Assembly: GCF_964213995.1 (NCBI RefSeq)
Contig: NC_135806.1
Span: 113,522,001 to 113,586,000 of the forward strand
DNA from: Mustelus asterias
Lineage: Eukaryota
Length of the DNA: 64,000 bases
Direction of reading: 5' to 3'
Made by a program: the position numbers and the translations under genes
Shown: positions 26,135 through 38,651 of the stretch, piece after piece
How the letters are laid out: every line of letters starts with the position of its first letter
Position numbering within the stretch: position 1 is the stretch's first letter
The notes under the pieces: model-generated
Told to the model about the DNA's origin: nothing
Database searches by the model: none
What the model saw: the letters and a program-made list of their open reading frames with translations, nothing else

Positions 26135-26654
26135 TCTGTTTAGTGCACAAGAAACAAATGTTTCCTCTTATGGGGCAACCTCAAACAAGAGGCCACAGGT
26201 ACAGGTCAAGAGGCTGTAGATTTAAAACTGAGATGAGAAGGAACTACTTCTCACAAAGGTGGTGAATTTGTGGAACTTGCTGCCCCATAGCGCGATGGAA
26301 TCTGGATCGTTGAATGGTTTCAAAAGGAATAGATATATTTCTAATAAAAAGGGGATAAAGGGATATGGGGAATGGGTGGGGAGGTGGATTTGAGACCAGG
26401 GAGAGATCAACTATGATCTGACTGAATGGCGGAGCAGGATTGAAGGGCTGAATTTGCCTACTTCTGCTCCTAATTCCTATGTTTATTTTCAAAGGAGACA
26501 AATAAGAGGGAATATGAAAAGATTAATCCTGAGCTCTATTTCAAGATATATTGCAAATGCAAAAGGTCAAAATTACAAATAAATTACTAATAAAAGACTA
26601 GATTGATTACTGATGCAAGGAAGAATATCTATAAACAAAGCAGATATATACTTT

Positions 26655-27695
26655 GTGGCTTGGGGCTCGGCTCCTCCCTCTGCAACTGGATCCTAGACTT
26701 CCTAACCCACAGACCAGAGTCAGTAAAGATAGACAACAACACCTTCTTCACGATCATCCTCAACATCAGTGCTCCGCAAGGTTGTGTCCTCAGCCCCTTA
26801 CTATATTCCTTATACACTTCTGACTGTACGGCCAAATTCCCCTCCAATTCCATTTTCAAGTTTGCTGATGACACCACCGCTGTGGGTCAGATCCCAAACA
26901 ATGACAGTACAGGAAAGAGATAGAGAATCTGGTGAACTGGTGTGACGATAATAATCTCTCCCTCAATGTCAACAAAACAAAGCAGATAGTCATTGACTTC
27001 AGGAAGCTTAGTGGAGGGCATGCCCCTGTCTACATCAATGGAGACAAAGTAGAAATAGTCGCAAGTTTCACATTGTTTGGTGCCCAGATCACCAACAACC
27101 TGTCCTGGTCCCTCCATGCCAACACTATAGTTAAGAAAGTCCACCACCGCCTCTACTTTATCAGGAGACTAAGGAAATTTTGCATGTCTGCTACGACTCT
27201 CACGAACTTCTACAGATGCACCATAGAAAGCATTCTTTCCGGTTGTACCACAGGTTGGTATGGCTCCTGCTCTGTCCACGACCGCAAGAAACTACAACGG
27301 GTCCTGGATGAAGTCCAGTCCATCACTTAAACCGGCCTCCCATCCATTGACACCGTCTACACTTCTCGCTGCCTCAGAAAAGCAGCCAGCATAATCAAGG
27401 ACCTCACACACCCCAGATGTACTCTCTTCCACCTTCTTCCATTGGGAAAAAGATACAAAAGTCTGAGGTCACTTACCAACCGACTCAAAAACAGCTTCTT
27501 CCCTGCTGCCATCAGACTTTTGAACGGACCTACCTTGTCTTAAGTTGATCTTTCTCTACATCCTAGCTATGACTGTAACACTACATTTTGCACTCTCTCC
27601 TTTCCATCCCTATGTACGGTATACTTTCTGTTTAGTGCACAAGAAACAGTACTTTTCACTGTATGCTGATACATATGACAACAATAAATCAAACC
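26655..27695 (+). mobile_element. 5'-truncated Rex1/Babar LINE
   Basis: [23 protein letters not shown]; AAATC tail. Confidence 0.9.
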
Positions 27696-28169
27696 AAAAA
27701 ACATCTGTAATAACTACCCAGAAACAAGCACAATAAAGGGAAAAGTCCTGGAGTCACTGAAGTCACAACTTGGTGCTACATTTGTTATAGGAAAACAAAT
27801 TAGCTTCACCCAACAGATTCCCACAGCTGTACCTATGTTGGTTTCAATTTTAGAATCTAGTTATGTTTCAGATGCCTGCCCTGAGTTCTCCTTTGTGACA
27901 GGACTCTGCAGCTGAAATTGAAAGATGACAATGATGGAATGCTGCCTTGGTGCCAATACCATCGAAACCCAAACCAACGTGTCCGTGTGGTGTTTATACC
28001 AAAACAGTGTCAGTGATATATGCTCAATCCTTGGGTTTAATCTGCCGTCCCAAAAATACCAACTGCTCCTTAAATTCCATCAAAGCCAAGTGTCGTCCTT
28101 CAACCGCAAAAACCCACTGACAAAATTAAGCCCTGAAACAAATAAACAGCGGCTGATGTGAGTCAGCAA

Positions 28170-28530
28170 CGTTTGGTGGGGGGGCGGGGGTTAAGGAGGG
28201 ACCTCCGTCCGGCCTGGGCCTCGACCAGCGGCAGCAGCCTAACCGCTCGGAGCGCCCGGAGATCCCGTACAGTTTAGCACTCGAGCCGACCAAAGGGCTC
28301 AGAAGTCGCCATCCGCTTCCTGCCCAGTTAGATTTCCACTCACCGCTTCACCACGCCGGTTTTGATTTTGATCTGCCGGGTTCTGGGATCCGCCATGCTT
28401 GTGTTCCTGGAGGAAACGGTGCAACTGGAACCGGAAATCCCCCGCCTCACATTCAACTGTCACCGCCTAGTCACCGGGAGAGGGCGGCGCGCATGCGCGA
28501 GCCCGACCCTCACCCACCTGGCTGCAGGTG
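28170..28530 (-). promoter_or_regulatory. CpG-rich housekeeping promoter and first-exon island of TBCA
   Basis: Local GC/CpG enrichment; NRF1 palindrome GCGCATGCGC at 28489-28498; ETS-like CCGGAAAT at 28431-28438; GC-box CCCCGCC at ~28440; YY1-like CATGGCGG over the ATG; no TATA box. Confidence 0.8.
28344..28396 (-). CDS. TBCA: First coding exon of tubulin-specific chaperone A (tubulin folding cofactor A); downstream exons not found in the window
   Basis: The minus strand reads ATG GCG GAT CCC AGA ACC CGG CAG ATC AAA ATC AAA ACC GGC GTG GTG AAG CG|GTGAGT = MADPRTRQIKIKTGVVKR, nearly identical to the vertebrate TBCA N-terminus (MADPRVRQIKIKTGVVKR). It has a good Kozak context (AGCATGG), a canonical phase-2 donor GTGAGT at 28343-28338, and lies in a GC/CpG-rich patch. 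Confidence 0.95.
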
Positions 28531-28704
28531 CCAGCAGCAATCCACAATGGGCACAATGCTCCTCAAACAACCTTTCTTAAATGGATCAGTCATCACAAAC
28601 CTCACCCCCCCCCCCTTTACAATTAGAATACAACATGTGAAAGTGCTGCATATAAGGAGTGTTTTAATAATAGTTTAAAGGAAACAAGTATCGAATGGAT
28701 CCCA

Positions 28705-29250
28705 TCCTCGTGTCTGCGTGGGTTTCCTCCGGGTGCTCCGGTTTCCTCCCACAGTCCAAAGATGTGCGGGTTAGGTTGATTGGCTAGGTTAAAAATTGCC
28801 TCTTAGTGTCCTGGGATGTGTACGTTAGAGGGTTTAGCGGGTAAATAGGTGGGGGTAGGGCCTGGGTGGGATTATGGTCGGTGCAGACTCGATGGGCCGA
28901 ATGGCCTCCTTCTGCACTGTAGGGTTTCTATGATTTCTATGAAAAGGGCAGCACGGTGGCACAGTGGTTAGCACTACTGCCTCACAGCGCCAGGGACCCA
29001 GGTTCGATTCCTAGCTTGGATCACTGTCTGCGCAGAGTCTGCACATTCTCCCCTATCTGCGTGGGTTTCTTCTGAGTGCTCCAGACCTTTATTATCCAAG
29101 CAGGATGGCACAGTGGTGCACTACTGCTTCACAGTCAAGGATCTGGCTTCAATTCTGGCCTCGGGTGTTCTGTGTGGATTTTGCACTTTCTTCCAGTATA
29201 TGCATGGGTTTTCGTCAGGTGCTCCGGTTCCCCCCAACAGTCCAAACAGT
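28705..29250 (+). mobile_element. Cluster of HE1-like V-SINE pieces
   Basis: tRNA-like head GGGCAGCACGGTGGCACAGTGGTTAGCAC..GGTTCGATTCC at 28946, V-domain TCTGCGTGGGTTTCCTCCGGGTGCTCCGG and the 3' tail. Confidence 0.85.
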
Positions 29251-29252
29251 AT

Positions 29253-30825
29253 CATTATCGCGAAAGAGGTAGTGTTGGGCAAGTTAATGGGGCTAAAGGT
29301 AGACAAGTCTCCTGGTCCTGATGGAATGCATCCCAGGGTACTAAACGAGATGGTGGGAGAAATAACAAATGCACTAGTGGTAATTTACCAAAATTCGCTG
29401 GACTCTGGGGTGGTTCCTGCAGATTGGAAAACAGCAAATGTGACCCCACTGCTTAAAAAAAGGAGGTAGACGAAAGGCAGGTAACTATAGGCCGGTTAAC
29501 TGGATATAAATTGTCCCATTGGTAAGACACAGCATGGGTTCATGAAGGGCAGGTCATGTTTGACTAATTTGGTGGAATTCTTTGAGAACATTACGTGTGC
29601 AGTGGACAATGGGGAGCCGGTGGATGTGGTGTATCTGGATTTCCAGAAGGCATTTGACAAGGTGCCACACCAAAGACTGCTACATAAGATAAAGGCGCAC
29701 AGTGTTACGGGTAATGTATTAGCATGGATAGAAGATTGGTTAACTAACAGAAAGCAAAGAGTGGGGGTAAATGGGTGTTTTTCTGGTTGGCGATCAGTGA
29801 CTACTGGTGTGCCTCCGGGATCAGTGTTGGGACTGCAATTGTTTACGATTTACATAGATGATTTGGAGTTGGGGACCAAGTGTAGTGTGTCAAAATTTAC
29901 AGATGAAACTAAGATGGGTGGAAGAGCAAAGTGTGCAGAGGACACTGAAAGTCTGCAAAGGGATATAGATAATCTAAGTGAGTGGGCGAGAGTCTAGCAG
30001 ATGGAGTACAATGTTGGTAAATGTGAGGTCATCTATTTTGGTAGGAATAACAGCAAAATGGACTATTATTTAAATAGAAAAAAATTGCAGCATGTTGCTG
30101 TGCAGAGGGACCTGGGTGTCTTTGTGCAGGAATCTCAAGGAGTTGGTCTGCAGGTGCAGCAGGTAATTAAGAAGGCAAATGGAATTTTGTGCTTCATTGC
30201 TAGAGGGATGGAGTTTAAAAACAGCGAGATTATGTTGCAGCTGTATAAGGTGCTGGTTAAGCCACACCTGGAGTACTGTGTACAGTTTTGGTCTCCTTAC
30301 TTGAGAAAGGATATACTGGCACTGGAGGGGGTGCAAAGGAGATTCACTAGGTTGATTCCGGAGTTGAGAGGATTGACTTATGAGAATAGACTGAGTAGAC
30401 TGGGGCTATACTCTTTGGAATTCAGAAGAATGAGGGGAGATCTTCTAGAAACATATAAGATTATGAAGGGAATAGATAAGACAGAAACAGGGAAGTTGTT
30501 TCCACTGGTGGGTGAAACTAGAACTAGGGGGCATAGCCTCAAAATAAGGGGAAGCCGATTTAGGACTGAGTTGAGGAGGAACTTCTTCACACAAAGGGTT
30601 GTGAATCTGTGGAATTTCCTGCCCAGTGAAGCAGTTGAGGCTACCTCATTGAATGTTTTTAAGGCAAGGATAGATAAATTTTTGAACAGTAAAGGAATTA
30701 AGGGTTATGGTGAGCGGACAAGTAAGTGGAGCTGAGTCCACAAAAAGATCAGCCATGATCTTACTGAATGGCGGAGCAGGCTCGAGGGGCCAGATGGCCT
30801 ACTCCTGCTCCTAGTTATGTTCTTA
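29253..30825 (+). mobile_element. CR1 LINE inserted in an HE1-like SINE
   Basis: ORFs 29542-29997 and 30001-30735 are CR1 RT; the SINE resumes with AAAGACGTGCAGGTTAGG at ~30826. Confidence 0.92.
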
Positions 30826-31011
30826 AAGACGTGCAGGTTAGGAGGATTGGCCAGGGTAAATTGCCTCTCAGTTTGTTTGCATGAGTGTGTGTGCCCTGTA
30901 ATGGTTTGACGTCCCAGCTTGGATGTACCCTGCCTAATATCCAGTGTCTGTTGCAATAGGCTCCCACTCCCCGCGACCCTGAATTGGAGTAGGCGGGAAG
31001 TCTAAGCAGTA

Positions 31012-31287
31012 GAGGTGGCATAGTAGCACAGTGGTTAGCACAGTGCCAGGGACCTGGGTTCAATTCCCGGCTAGGGTCACTGTCTGTGTGGAGTCTGCAC
31101 GTTCTCCCCTTGTCTGCGTGGGTTTTCTCTGGGTGCTCCGGCTTCTTCCCACATTCTGAAAGACATGCTGGTTAGGTGCATTGACCCGAACAGGCGCTGA
31201 ACTATGGTGACTAGGGGAATTTCACAGTAACTTCATTGCAATGTTAATGTAAGCCTTACTTGTGACTAATAAATAAACTTTAACTTT
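31012..31287 (+). mobile_element. V-SINE (HE1-like head, AATAAACTTT tail)
   Basis: tRNA-like head and V-domain; similar to 31753-32056 and 58465-58752. Confidence 0.8.
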
Positions 31288-31752
31288 AGTATGTAGCCTC
31301 CTTATTCTGCCAATTAAAATGTTCCGTCCACACTTATCTATATAGAAATTATACATCCATTCTTCAAGCATATCAGTGTCTTCTTGTATTTTGGCATATT
31401 ATTCTTTTGTATTAACTATACAACCCAGTTTAGCATCATTCACAAATTTAGAAATTGTACTTCTGATTCCTTAGTTCAAATAATTTATTAAGTTCCTTTT
31501 GCCAGTAAGTAGCTGCCTTAACAGCTACACTAGGATTTGTAGCCAGCTTGCAATCTATTCTTTTACTTGTCCCCTGACTCCACAAGTTCTGAACTTCATC
31601 ATGAGACTATGTGGTACTTTATTGAAGGCCTTCTGGATGGCACAGTGACACCTCACCTCCTTTACCATTAGAATATAACATATGAAAATGCTGCATGTAA
31701 AGAGTATTATAATAATAGTTTAAAGGAAACAAGTATTGAATGGATCCCAAAA

Positions 31753-32056
31753 GGGTGGCACCATGGCACAGTGGTTAGTACTGCTGCCTCACAGCGCCAG
31801 GAACCCAGGTTCGATTCCTAGCTTGGATCACTGTCTGTGCAGAATCTGCATGTTCTCCTCATGTGGTGTGGGTTTCTTCCAGGTGCTCCAGTTTCCTCCC
31901 ACAGTCTGAAAGACATGCTGGTTAGGTGCATTGGCCATGCTAAATTCTCCCTCGGTGTACCCGAGCAGGTACCGGAGTGTGGCGACTGTAGGTTTTCATA
32001 GTAACTCCAGTCCAGTGGATGTAATGTAAGCCTACTTGTGACATTAATAAACTTTT
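31753..32056 (+). mobile_element. V-SINE copy
   Basis: Same head, V-domain and tail as 31012-31287. Confidence 0.8.
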
Positions 32057-32194
32057 AAAATAATTCAAATATGTTACATATGCTACATTATCTTTATCTG
32101 CTCAGTTACTTCTTCAAAAAATTCACCAATATGCCACATTTTCCAGTGCAAGTACCAATTCTTGAAACCTGTAGCATAATGGTCAAGTATTATT

Positions 32195-32494
32195 CCTGCT
32201 GCCTTGGAAAGGCAACCAGCATAAGCAAGGACCCCACGCTCCCTGGACATATTCTCTTCCACCTTCTTCCATCAGGAAAAAGATACAAAAGTCTGAGATC
32301 ACATACCAACCGACTCAAGAACAGCTTATTCCCTGCTGCAATCAGACTTTTGAATGGGCCTACCATATATTAAGCTGAACTTTCTCTAAACCCTAGGTAT
32401 GACTGTAACACTGTATTCTGCAACCTCTCCTTTCCTTCTCCCCTATTTACTTTATGAATAGTATGTTTTGTCTGTAAAGCACGCAAGAAACAAT
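32195..32494 (+). mobile_element. Rex1/Babar 3' fragment
   Basis: CLGKA.SI.KDPT.PGH.LF.LLPSGKRY.SL motif shared with the other Rex1 copies. Confidence 0.85.
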
Positions 32495-32719
32495 GGGGCA
32501 AGTCTCCCATCCCACTCCGCTGTTTTTTTAGCACAGTGGTCCAAGAGACTCTAGTGTCGCCATTTCAGGGGGTCCCCACTGGGCACCCGAGCCTGAGCGC
32601 ATCTCCCAGTGCCAGATTTCCAGCGCTGCACAGAGTATGCAGCACCTAATTTAAATATACTTTATAAATTCCATTAGCGGACCTGGGACTGAAATCTCCA
32701 GGCTCGATAGCATCTGCCC

Positions 32720-33939
32720 ACAGCCCACCCCCTCCCCCCTCTCCTCCCCCTCTNNNNNNNNNNNNNNNNNNNNNNNNNNNNNNNNNNNNNNNNNNNNNNN
32801 NNNNNNNNNNNNNNNNNNNNNNNNNNNNNNNNNNNNNNNNNNNNNNNNNNNNNNNNNNNNNNNNNNNNNNNNNNNNNNNNNNNNNNNNNNNNNNCTCCCC
32901 CCTCGCACCCCCCTCCCCCCCCTCGCACCCCCTCCCCCCACCCCCCTCACACCCCTCCCCCCCACCCCCCTCACACCCCTCCCCCCCCCCTCCCCCCCAC
33001 CCCCCTCACACCCCTCCCCCCCCTCCCCCTCCTCCCACCCCTCCCCCCTCACCCCCCTCCCCCCTCCCCCCCCTCCCCCCTCCCCCCCCTCCCCCCTCCT
33101 CCCACCCTCCCCCCCCTCCCCCCCTCCCTCTCCCCCCCCTCCCCCCCTCCTCCCCCCTCCCTCTCCCCCCCCTCCCCCTCCCCCCCCCCCTCCCCCCCCC
33201 CTCTCCCNNNNNNNNNNNNNNNNNNNNNNNNNNNNNNNNNNNNNNNNNNNNNNNNNNNNNNNNNNNNNNNNNNNNNNNNNNNNNNNNNNNNNNNNNNNNN
33301 NNNNNNNNNNNNNNNNNNNNNNNNNNNNNNNNNNNNNNNTCCCCTTCNNNNNNNNNNNNNNNNNNNNNNNNNNNNNNNNNNNNNNNNNNNNNNNNNNNNN
33401 NNNNNNNNNNNNNNNNNNNNNNNNNNNNNNNNNNNNNNNNNNNNNNNNNNNNNNNNNNNNNNNNNNNNNNNNNNNNNNNNNNNNNNNNNNNNNNNNNNNN
33501 NNNNNNNNNNNNNNNNNNNNNNNNNNNNNNNNNNNNNNNNNNNNNNNNNNNNNNNNNNNNNNNNNNNNNNNNNNNNNNNNNNNNNNNNNNNNNNNNNNNN
33601 NNNNNNNNNNNNNNNNNNNNNNNNNNNNNNNNNNNNNNNNNNNNNNNNNNNNNTCACCCTCCCCCCCTCCCCCTCTCTCTCCCCCCCCCTCCCCCCCCTC
33701 TCTCTCCCCCCCTCCCCTCCCCCCTCACCCTCCCCCCTCNNNNNNNNNNNNNNNNNNNNNNNNNNNNNNNNNNNNNNNNNNNNNNNNNNNNNNNNNNNNN
33801 NNNNNNNNNNNNNNNNNNNNNNNNNNNNNNNNNNNNNNNNNNNNNNNNNNNNNNNNNNNNNNNNNNNNNNNNNNNNNNNNNNNNNNNNNNNNNNNNNNNN
33901 NNNNNNNNNNNNNNNNNNNNNNNNNNNNNNNNNNNNNNN
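32720..33939. repeat. Poly-C/pyrimidine low-complexity tract with assembly gaps
   Basis: (CnT/A) runs interleaved with N blocks. Confidence 0.85.
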
Positions 33940-34605
33940 AAGTGTGGAAGTGATTCATTTTGTCAGGAAGAATATGGAAATACAGTAGAAGATAAGTCCC
34001 CTTATCTCTTAGCGAGATGCAGGGGCAAAAGGACCTTGGTGCATATGTACCTAAGTCGTTGAGGATGGCAGGGCAAGTTGAGAGAGCAGTTCATAAGGGA
34101 CATTGAGTACAAGAGTGAGGTGGTCATGTTGAACTTGTACAAGACATTAATAGACCTTATCTATAGTATTGCATCCAATTCTGGGATCCATACTTGAGGA
34201 AGGATTTGAAGGCATTGGAGAGACTACAGATGAGATACATGTTTTGAAAAAAATGTTTTTTTTAATCAACATGATTTTGGCATAAAATATGTGCTTTAGA
34301 CAAATATCATTCAGAAAGCTATCAGGCTCCTCATTAGACCCAAGGTGAATTTCTGCATGGACCATCATGATCATTTGCTGTAACTTCATCGGAAGGGCTG
34401 TGGAAATCCTTGAGAAACAACAATATTAATGCAATTTTTCTGCTAAAATTACAGAACAAAGGCAGAAAATCCCAGAGAAATTCATCCCCTAGCTATCTTA
34501 TAAAGTACAAGATTAAATTTGCACCATCTCACTGAAACCAACATGGACTCCAGTTGATAAATCTAGCATTTAACACTTAAGCTGGAAGCCTCTAACCTCA
34601 TCCAC

Positions 34606-34714
34606 GGCTGGGATTCTCCGTGTCGCTGCAGTCAATGGAGTTTTGGCTGAGCCCCAAATTCTCCGTTCTTGCTGGCAGCGGGGATGGGCCGAATGAGGTG
34701 AGAGAATGCCAACC
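34606..34714. mobile_element. Small Harbinger-like MITE
   Basis: Imperfect terminal inverted repeats (TIRs) GGCTGGGATTCTC / GAGAATGCCAACC. Confidence 0.45.
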
Positions 34715-34817
34715 AAAATCTAAAATATCCCTACCTATTAATAATTTACTTGTTATTATAAAATCTAGCCAGGAGAGAATCTTTTCAAATTCTTTGCGTG
34801 ATAGAAATATTCAAAAT

Positions 34818-35135
34818 CATAGAATCCCTACTTTGCAGAAGGAGGCCATTCAGCCCATCAAACCTGCATTGATAACAATCCCACCCAGGCCCTATCCCCT
34901 TAACCCCACATTTTTAGTCTTCTAATCCCTGACACTAAGAGGCAATTGAGCATGGCCAATCAACCTAACCCACAAATCTTTGGACTGTGGGAGGAAACCG
35001 GGAGCACCCGGAGGAAACCCATGCAGACACAGGGAGAACGTGCAAACTCCACACAGACAGTCACCCAAGGCCAGAATTGAACCCAGGTCCTTGGCACTGT
35101 GAGGCAGCAGTGCTAACCACTGTGCCACCATGCTG
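34818..35135 (-). mobile_element. HE1-like V-SINE
   Basis: Reverse complement of the head, V-domain and tail. Confidence 0.85.
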
Positions 35136-36145
35136 CTCATCATATGAGGTCTGGACAGGATAGAAAGAGAGGAACTTCCTATTGGCGGAAGGATTGAGAA
35201 TCAGAGGCACAGATTGAAGGTATTAGTAAAAGAAGCAAAACAAATATGAGGAAAAGCTTTTACACAGTGAGTGACCAGGATCTGGAATACACTGCTTCAG
35301 AGTATGATGGAGATAGATTCAATCGAGACATTCAAGAGAGAATTAGATGACTATTTGAAAATAAACAATCTGCAGCGTTACTGGGAGAAGGCAAAAGAGT
35401 AGCACTAGGTAAAATCAAATCAAATCAAAATGCTCATTCATTGGGCCAGTGCAGACACAATGAGCCAAATGGCCTCCTTTTGCTCCATAATAATTCTGTG
35501 ATTTGATATTACTTTTATAAATATTAAATGGTATGACATTCCTGCATTTCTTCATTTTATCGAAATGCGAGTAAAAATTAGCGCCACTTCTAACATTGTT
35601 TTGATGATTCCTATCTTTCCAATAAAGGATAAAGAAAGTAAGTGAACAATGAGTCTAAAAGTGGAGCTCCAACCTGTCAATGAGAAAGTCATTGGTTAAG
35701 CAAATGCAGTCCATTGTGGCTGAGAGCAGACAAGATATCAAACAAGTGACAAAGTAGAGTCATACAGTATAGAAGAGGCCCTTCTGCCCAGCGAGTAAAG
35801 TGTAGGCATTCTTGCATACATTCATAGATATAAAAGGCATGGCCCCAATACAATTTTCCATCAACGGCATTCTTGGAGAGATCATCTACTCTTTTATTGT
35901 GCCAGCACACAGCACTTTCCCCCTTTTGTAACACACTTAATTTTGCAGAAACTACATGGCGCAGTGCCAGAGGACAAATAGTTCCAAGCATGGAACTCTT
36001 GACAAGTTAACCACAGAAATTCGGGCCAAGGCATTTGAAAGTCATGGAAGCAGCCTGATCAAAAATGAGGAGTGGTTCGAGATTTATCTGTTGTGCACTT
36101 GCCAACATCTTTATAAACATGTTCTGCTTATGGGCTTTAGCTGTT

Positions 36146-36440
36146 CATAGAATCCCTACAGTGCAGAAGGAGACCATTTGGCCCACAGAACCTGCATTGA
36201 CAACAATCCCACCCAGGTCCTACATCCCATGTATTTATCCTGCTAATCACCCGACACTAAGGGGCAATTTAGCATAGCCAATCAACCTAATTGCACATCT
36301 GTGGACTGTGGGAGGAAACCGGATCACCCGGAGGAAACCCAGGCAGACACGGGGAGAACACGCAAACTCCACACAGTCACCCAAGGCTGGAACCCGGATC
36401 CCTGATGCTGTGAGGCATTGGTGCTCACTGTGCCATCCCA
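36146..36440 (-). mobile_element. HE1-like V-SINE
   Basis: Reverse complement of the head, V-domain and tail; similar to 34818-35135. Confidence 0.85.
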
Positions 36441-38524
36441 GTTGTACTGTATTGTAAAGCATATTCGTTTTTCTGTGGGCTTTTCCCAAGAGAAAATGAT
36501 GACTTAGTCCCAAGGCTGCATAACATGTGTTGAGCATTCCATCTCCCCAAGGTCCTGCCTGCTGATGAGTGCAGCACAGCTCTCAAATAAGAAGGTGCAA
36601 GTAGAGATGGTAACAAGAAAAGTTCACAGATATAGTGTGGCCATGGATTCATGCCATTTTCCAATAAAATACACAAGGAGTAGTTATCTGTAATGACCTA
36701 ACTATGTTAGGGGTTGTGGGTTTTAACAAAAAGAAAATAATATGGTTTGCACTCGTATCTTCAAACTAACAATAAGGTTTATTGACGAGATGTTCTCTGC
36801 ATTTCACAGCAGCTTCTGCAAACACTCCAATGACAGCACCATCAAATCATGTGATCGCTCTTAAAGCAAACATGCAACCCTTTAAAATATATAACAACCC
36901 TCCCCCTTTACTTCAATGGTCAAGACAACAAATTACTCTATTATACATAGGATCAATAATACTCTAGACAAATACTATGCATCATTACTCATTATATAAA
37001 GACAATAAGAAAGTTGATTAGGAGGATATTTATTCCTCTTTGGTTGTATATGATGTTCTGGAATTTGGCTTTTCTTGTCCCTAAAAGTTTGGTTTGGAAC
37101 TTCAGTAGATACTTCTCTTGGAACTAATTCTATATCATTCTCACTCAATATATTAGCAGAGACACAAATATCAGGCAACTCAGATTCAACTAAGTCTTCC
37201 GTAGCAGTATTCACAATACAAGGAACTAAAGGTGTTTGTATTTCTGGAGATGATTTTGAGAAATCGTTTTGAGATGACAACAATTAGTCTGCATGGCATC
37301 GCCAAACTAGTTCATCTTTAGTTTGAACCATTTAGAAATTGGAACTGTTTTTGCTAAGACTATGGCTGGTACCATTTCTCACTTGTGTCATAAGTATGCA
37401 CTAATACTCAATCGTCTTGTTGAAATGAGTATTGTTTTGCCCTCATGTCTTGTCTAACAACTTGAGATTCTTGTTGATGCTCTACTATCTTGAAGTTTCT
37501 GGAGGTAAAAACAAATCAAACATAGTTCTCAACTTTCTCTTTAAGAGTAGCAATGCAGGTGAACTTTGGGTCGTTGCACGAGTAGTGTTTCTACAAAATA
37601 CCCGAAAGCTATTCATACAATGTGATATGTAGTCTCAGGAATTAAAGATACTGAAGAACCAGTATCCACCTCCATCCTAATATGCAGTCCATTTAATTTG
37701 GGAATCACCCAGAATCTATGTGATTTACCCTGTATGGATAAAACATTCAGTTGGAGCTCTTCATCATTTTTCTCTTCTTCAGTCATAATTCTTTTCTTCC
37801 ATGTCGTAAATTCTTTTTGTAGGAAGCAACTTGTTCTTTTTGAAGGTATTCAAATTCTGCTTCTGAATATTCTTCTAAGGGAACATTGATCTAGCCCAAC
37901 AAGCATTTGCAATGTGAAGCATTTTTCCACAATTCCTGCATTTACTATCCTTGCTCCAGCATTCACTCGCTGAATGGCCCATTTGTGACATTCTTATTGC
38001 TGGTTTGATTTCTCATGGGCAATTCCCAATTTGTAGATCCTCATTCTTGCACAAATTATGAAGCATTTTTAGCAGTCACTTCCATTGACATTATGATTTC
38101 TACTGCTGTCTTTAAAGTTAAAACATGCTCAGTAAGCAATGTTCTTTGGCTAGCCCCATTTTGGAGATCACAACCTGGACGATCTCGAAGGGTACCTTCT
38201 AATGACTCATCAAACTCACAATGTTGTGCCAACCTTTTTAAGGTTACCACAAACTGAGCAATGTTTTTCCCTTTCACTTAATTCCTTCAGTAGAACCTGA
38301 ACCATTCCACAATCATCAATGGTTTTGAAGAGTAATGCTCTTCAAGGAACTTTGTCAAGTCATTATAAGTTTTGGTTCCTGGCTTTGCTGGGTGAAGGTC
38401 CAGAGCAAATTGAAAGTTTTACTTCCTATTATACTGAGAAAGGTTGGTACAATCAACTTGTCTGCAATTTTATTTGCTGTGCAAAGTACAAAAAATGCTT
38501 TGCACAGGAACTTCATGATTCATT

Positions 38525-38651
38525 GGCCAGAATTTTACCGGCACACCCACCCCGATTCCGGGGGTGGGCGAGGCTCGGAGAACGGCATTCTCCGTTGGCC
38601 TCGGGTGGGATCATACGAACCTCGGGCAGATGTGCCGGTAAAACTTTGCCC
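38525..38651. mobile_element. Harbinger-like MITE inserted in the Gypsy gag
   Basis: TIRs GGCCAGAATTTTACCGGCACA / TGTGCCGGTAAAACTTTGCCC; 3-bp TSD ATT; removing it rejoins the gag sequence. Confidence 0.75.

Noticed and set aside
28946-29020. tRNA genes
   Set aside because: The A/B-box sequences are SINE heads continuing into V-domains; there is no complete cloverleaf.
32651-33958. Gly/Glu-rich ORFs
   Set aside because: Translations of poly-C tracts and N gaps.
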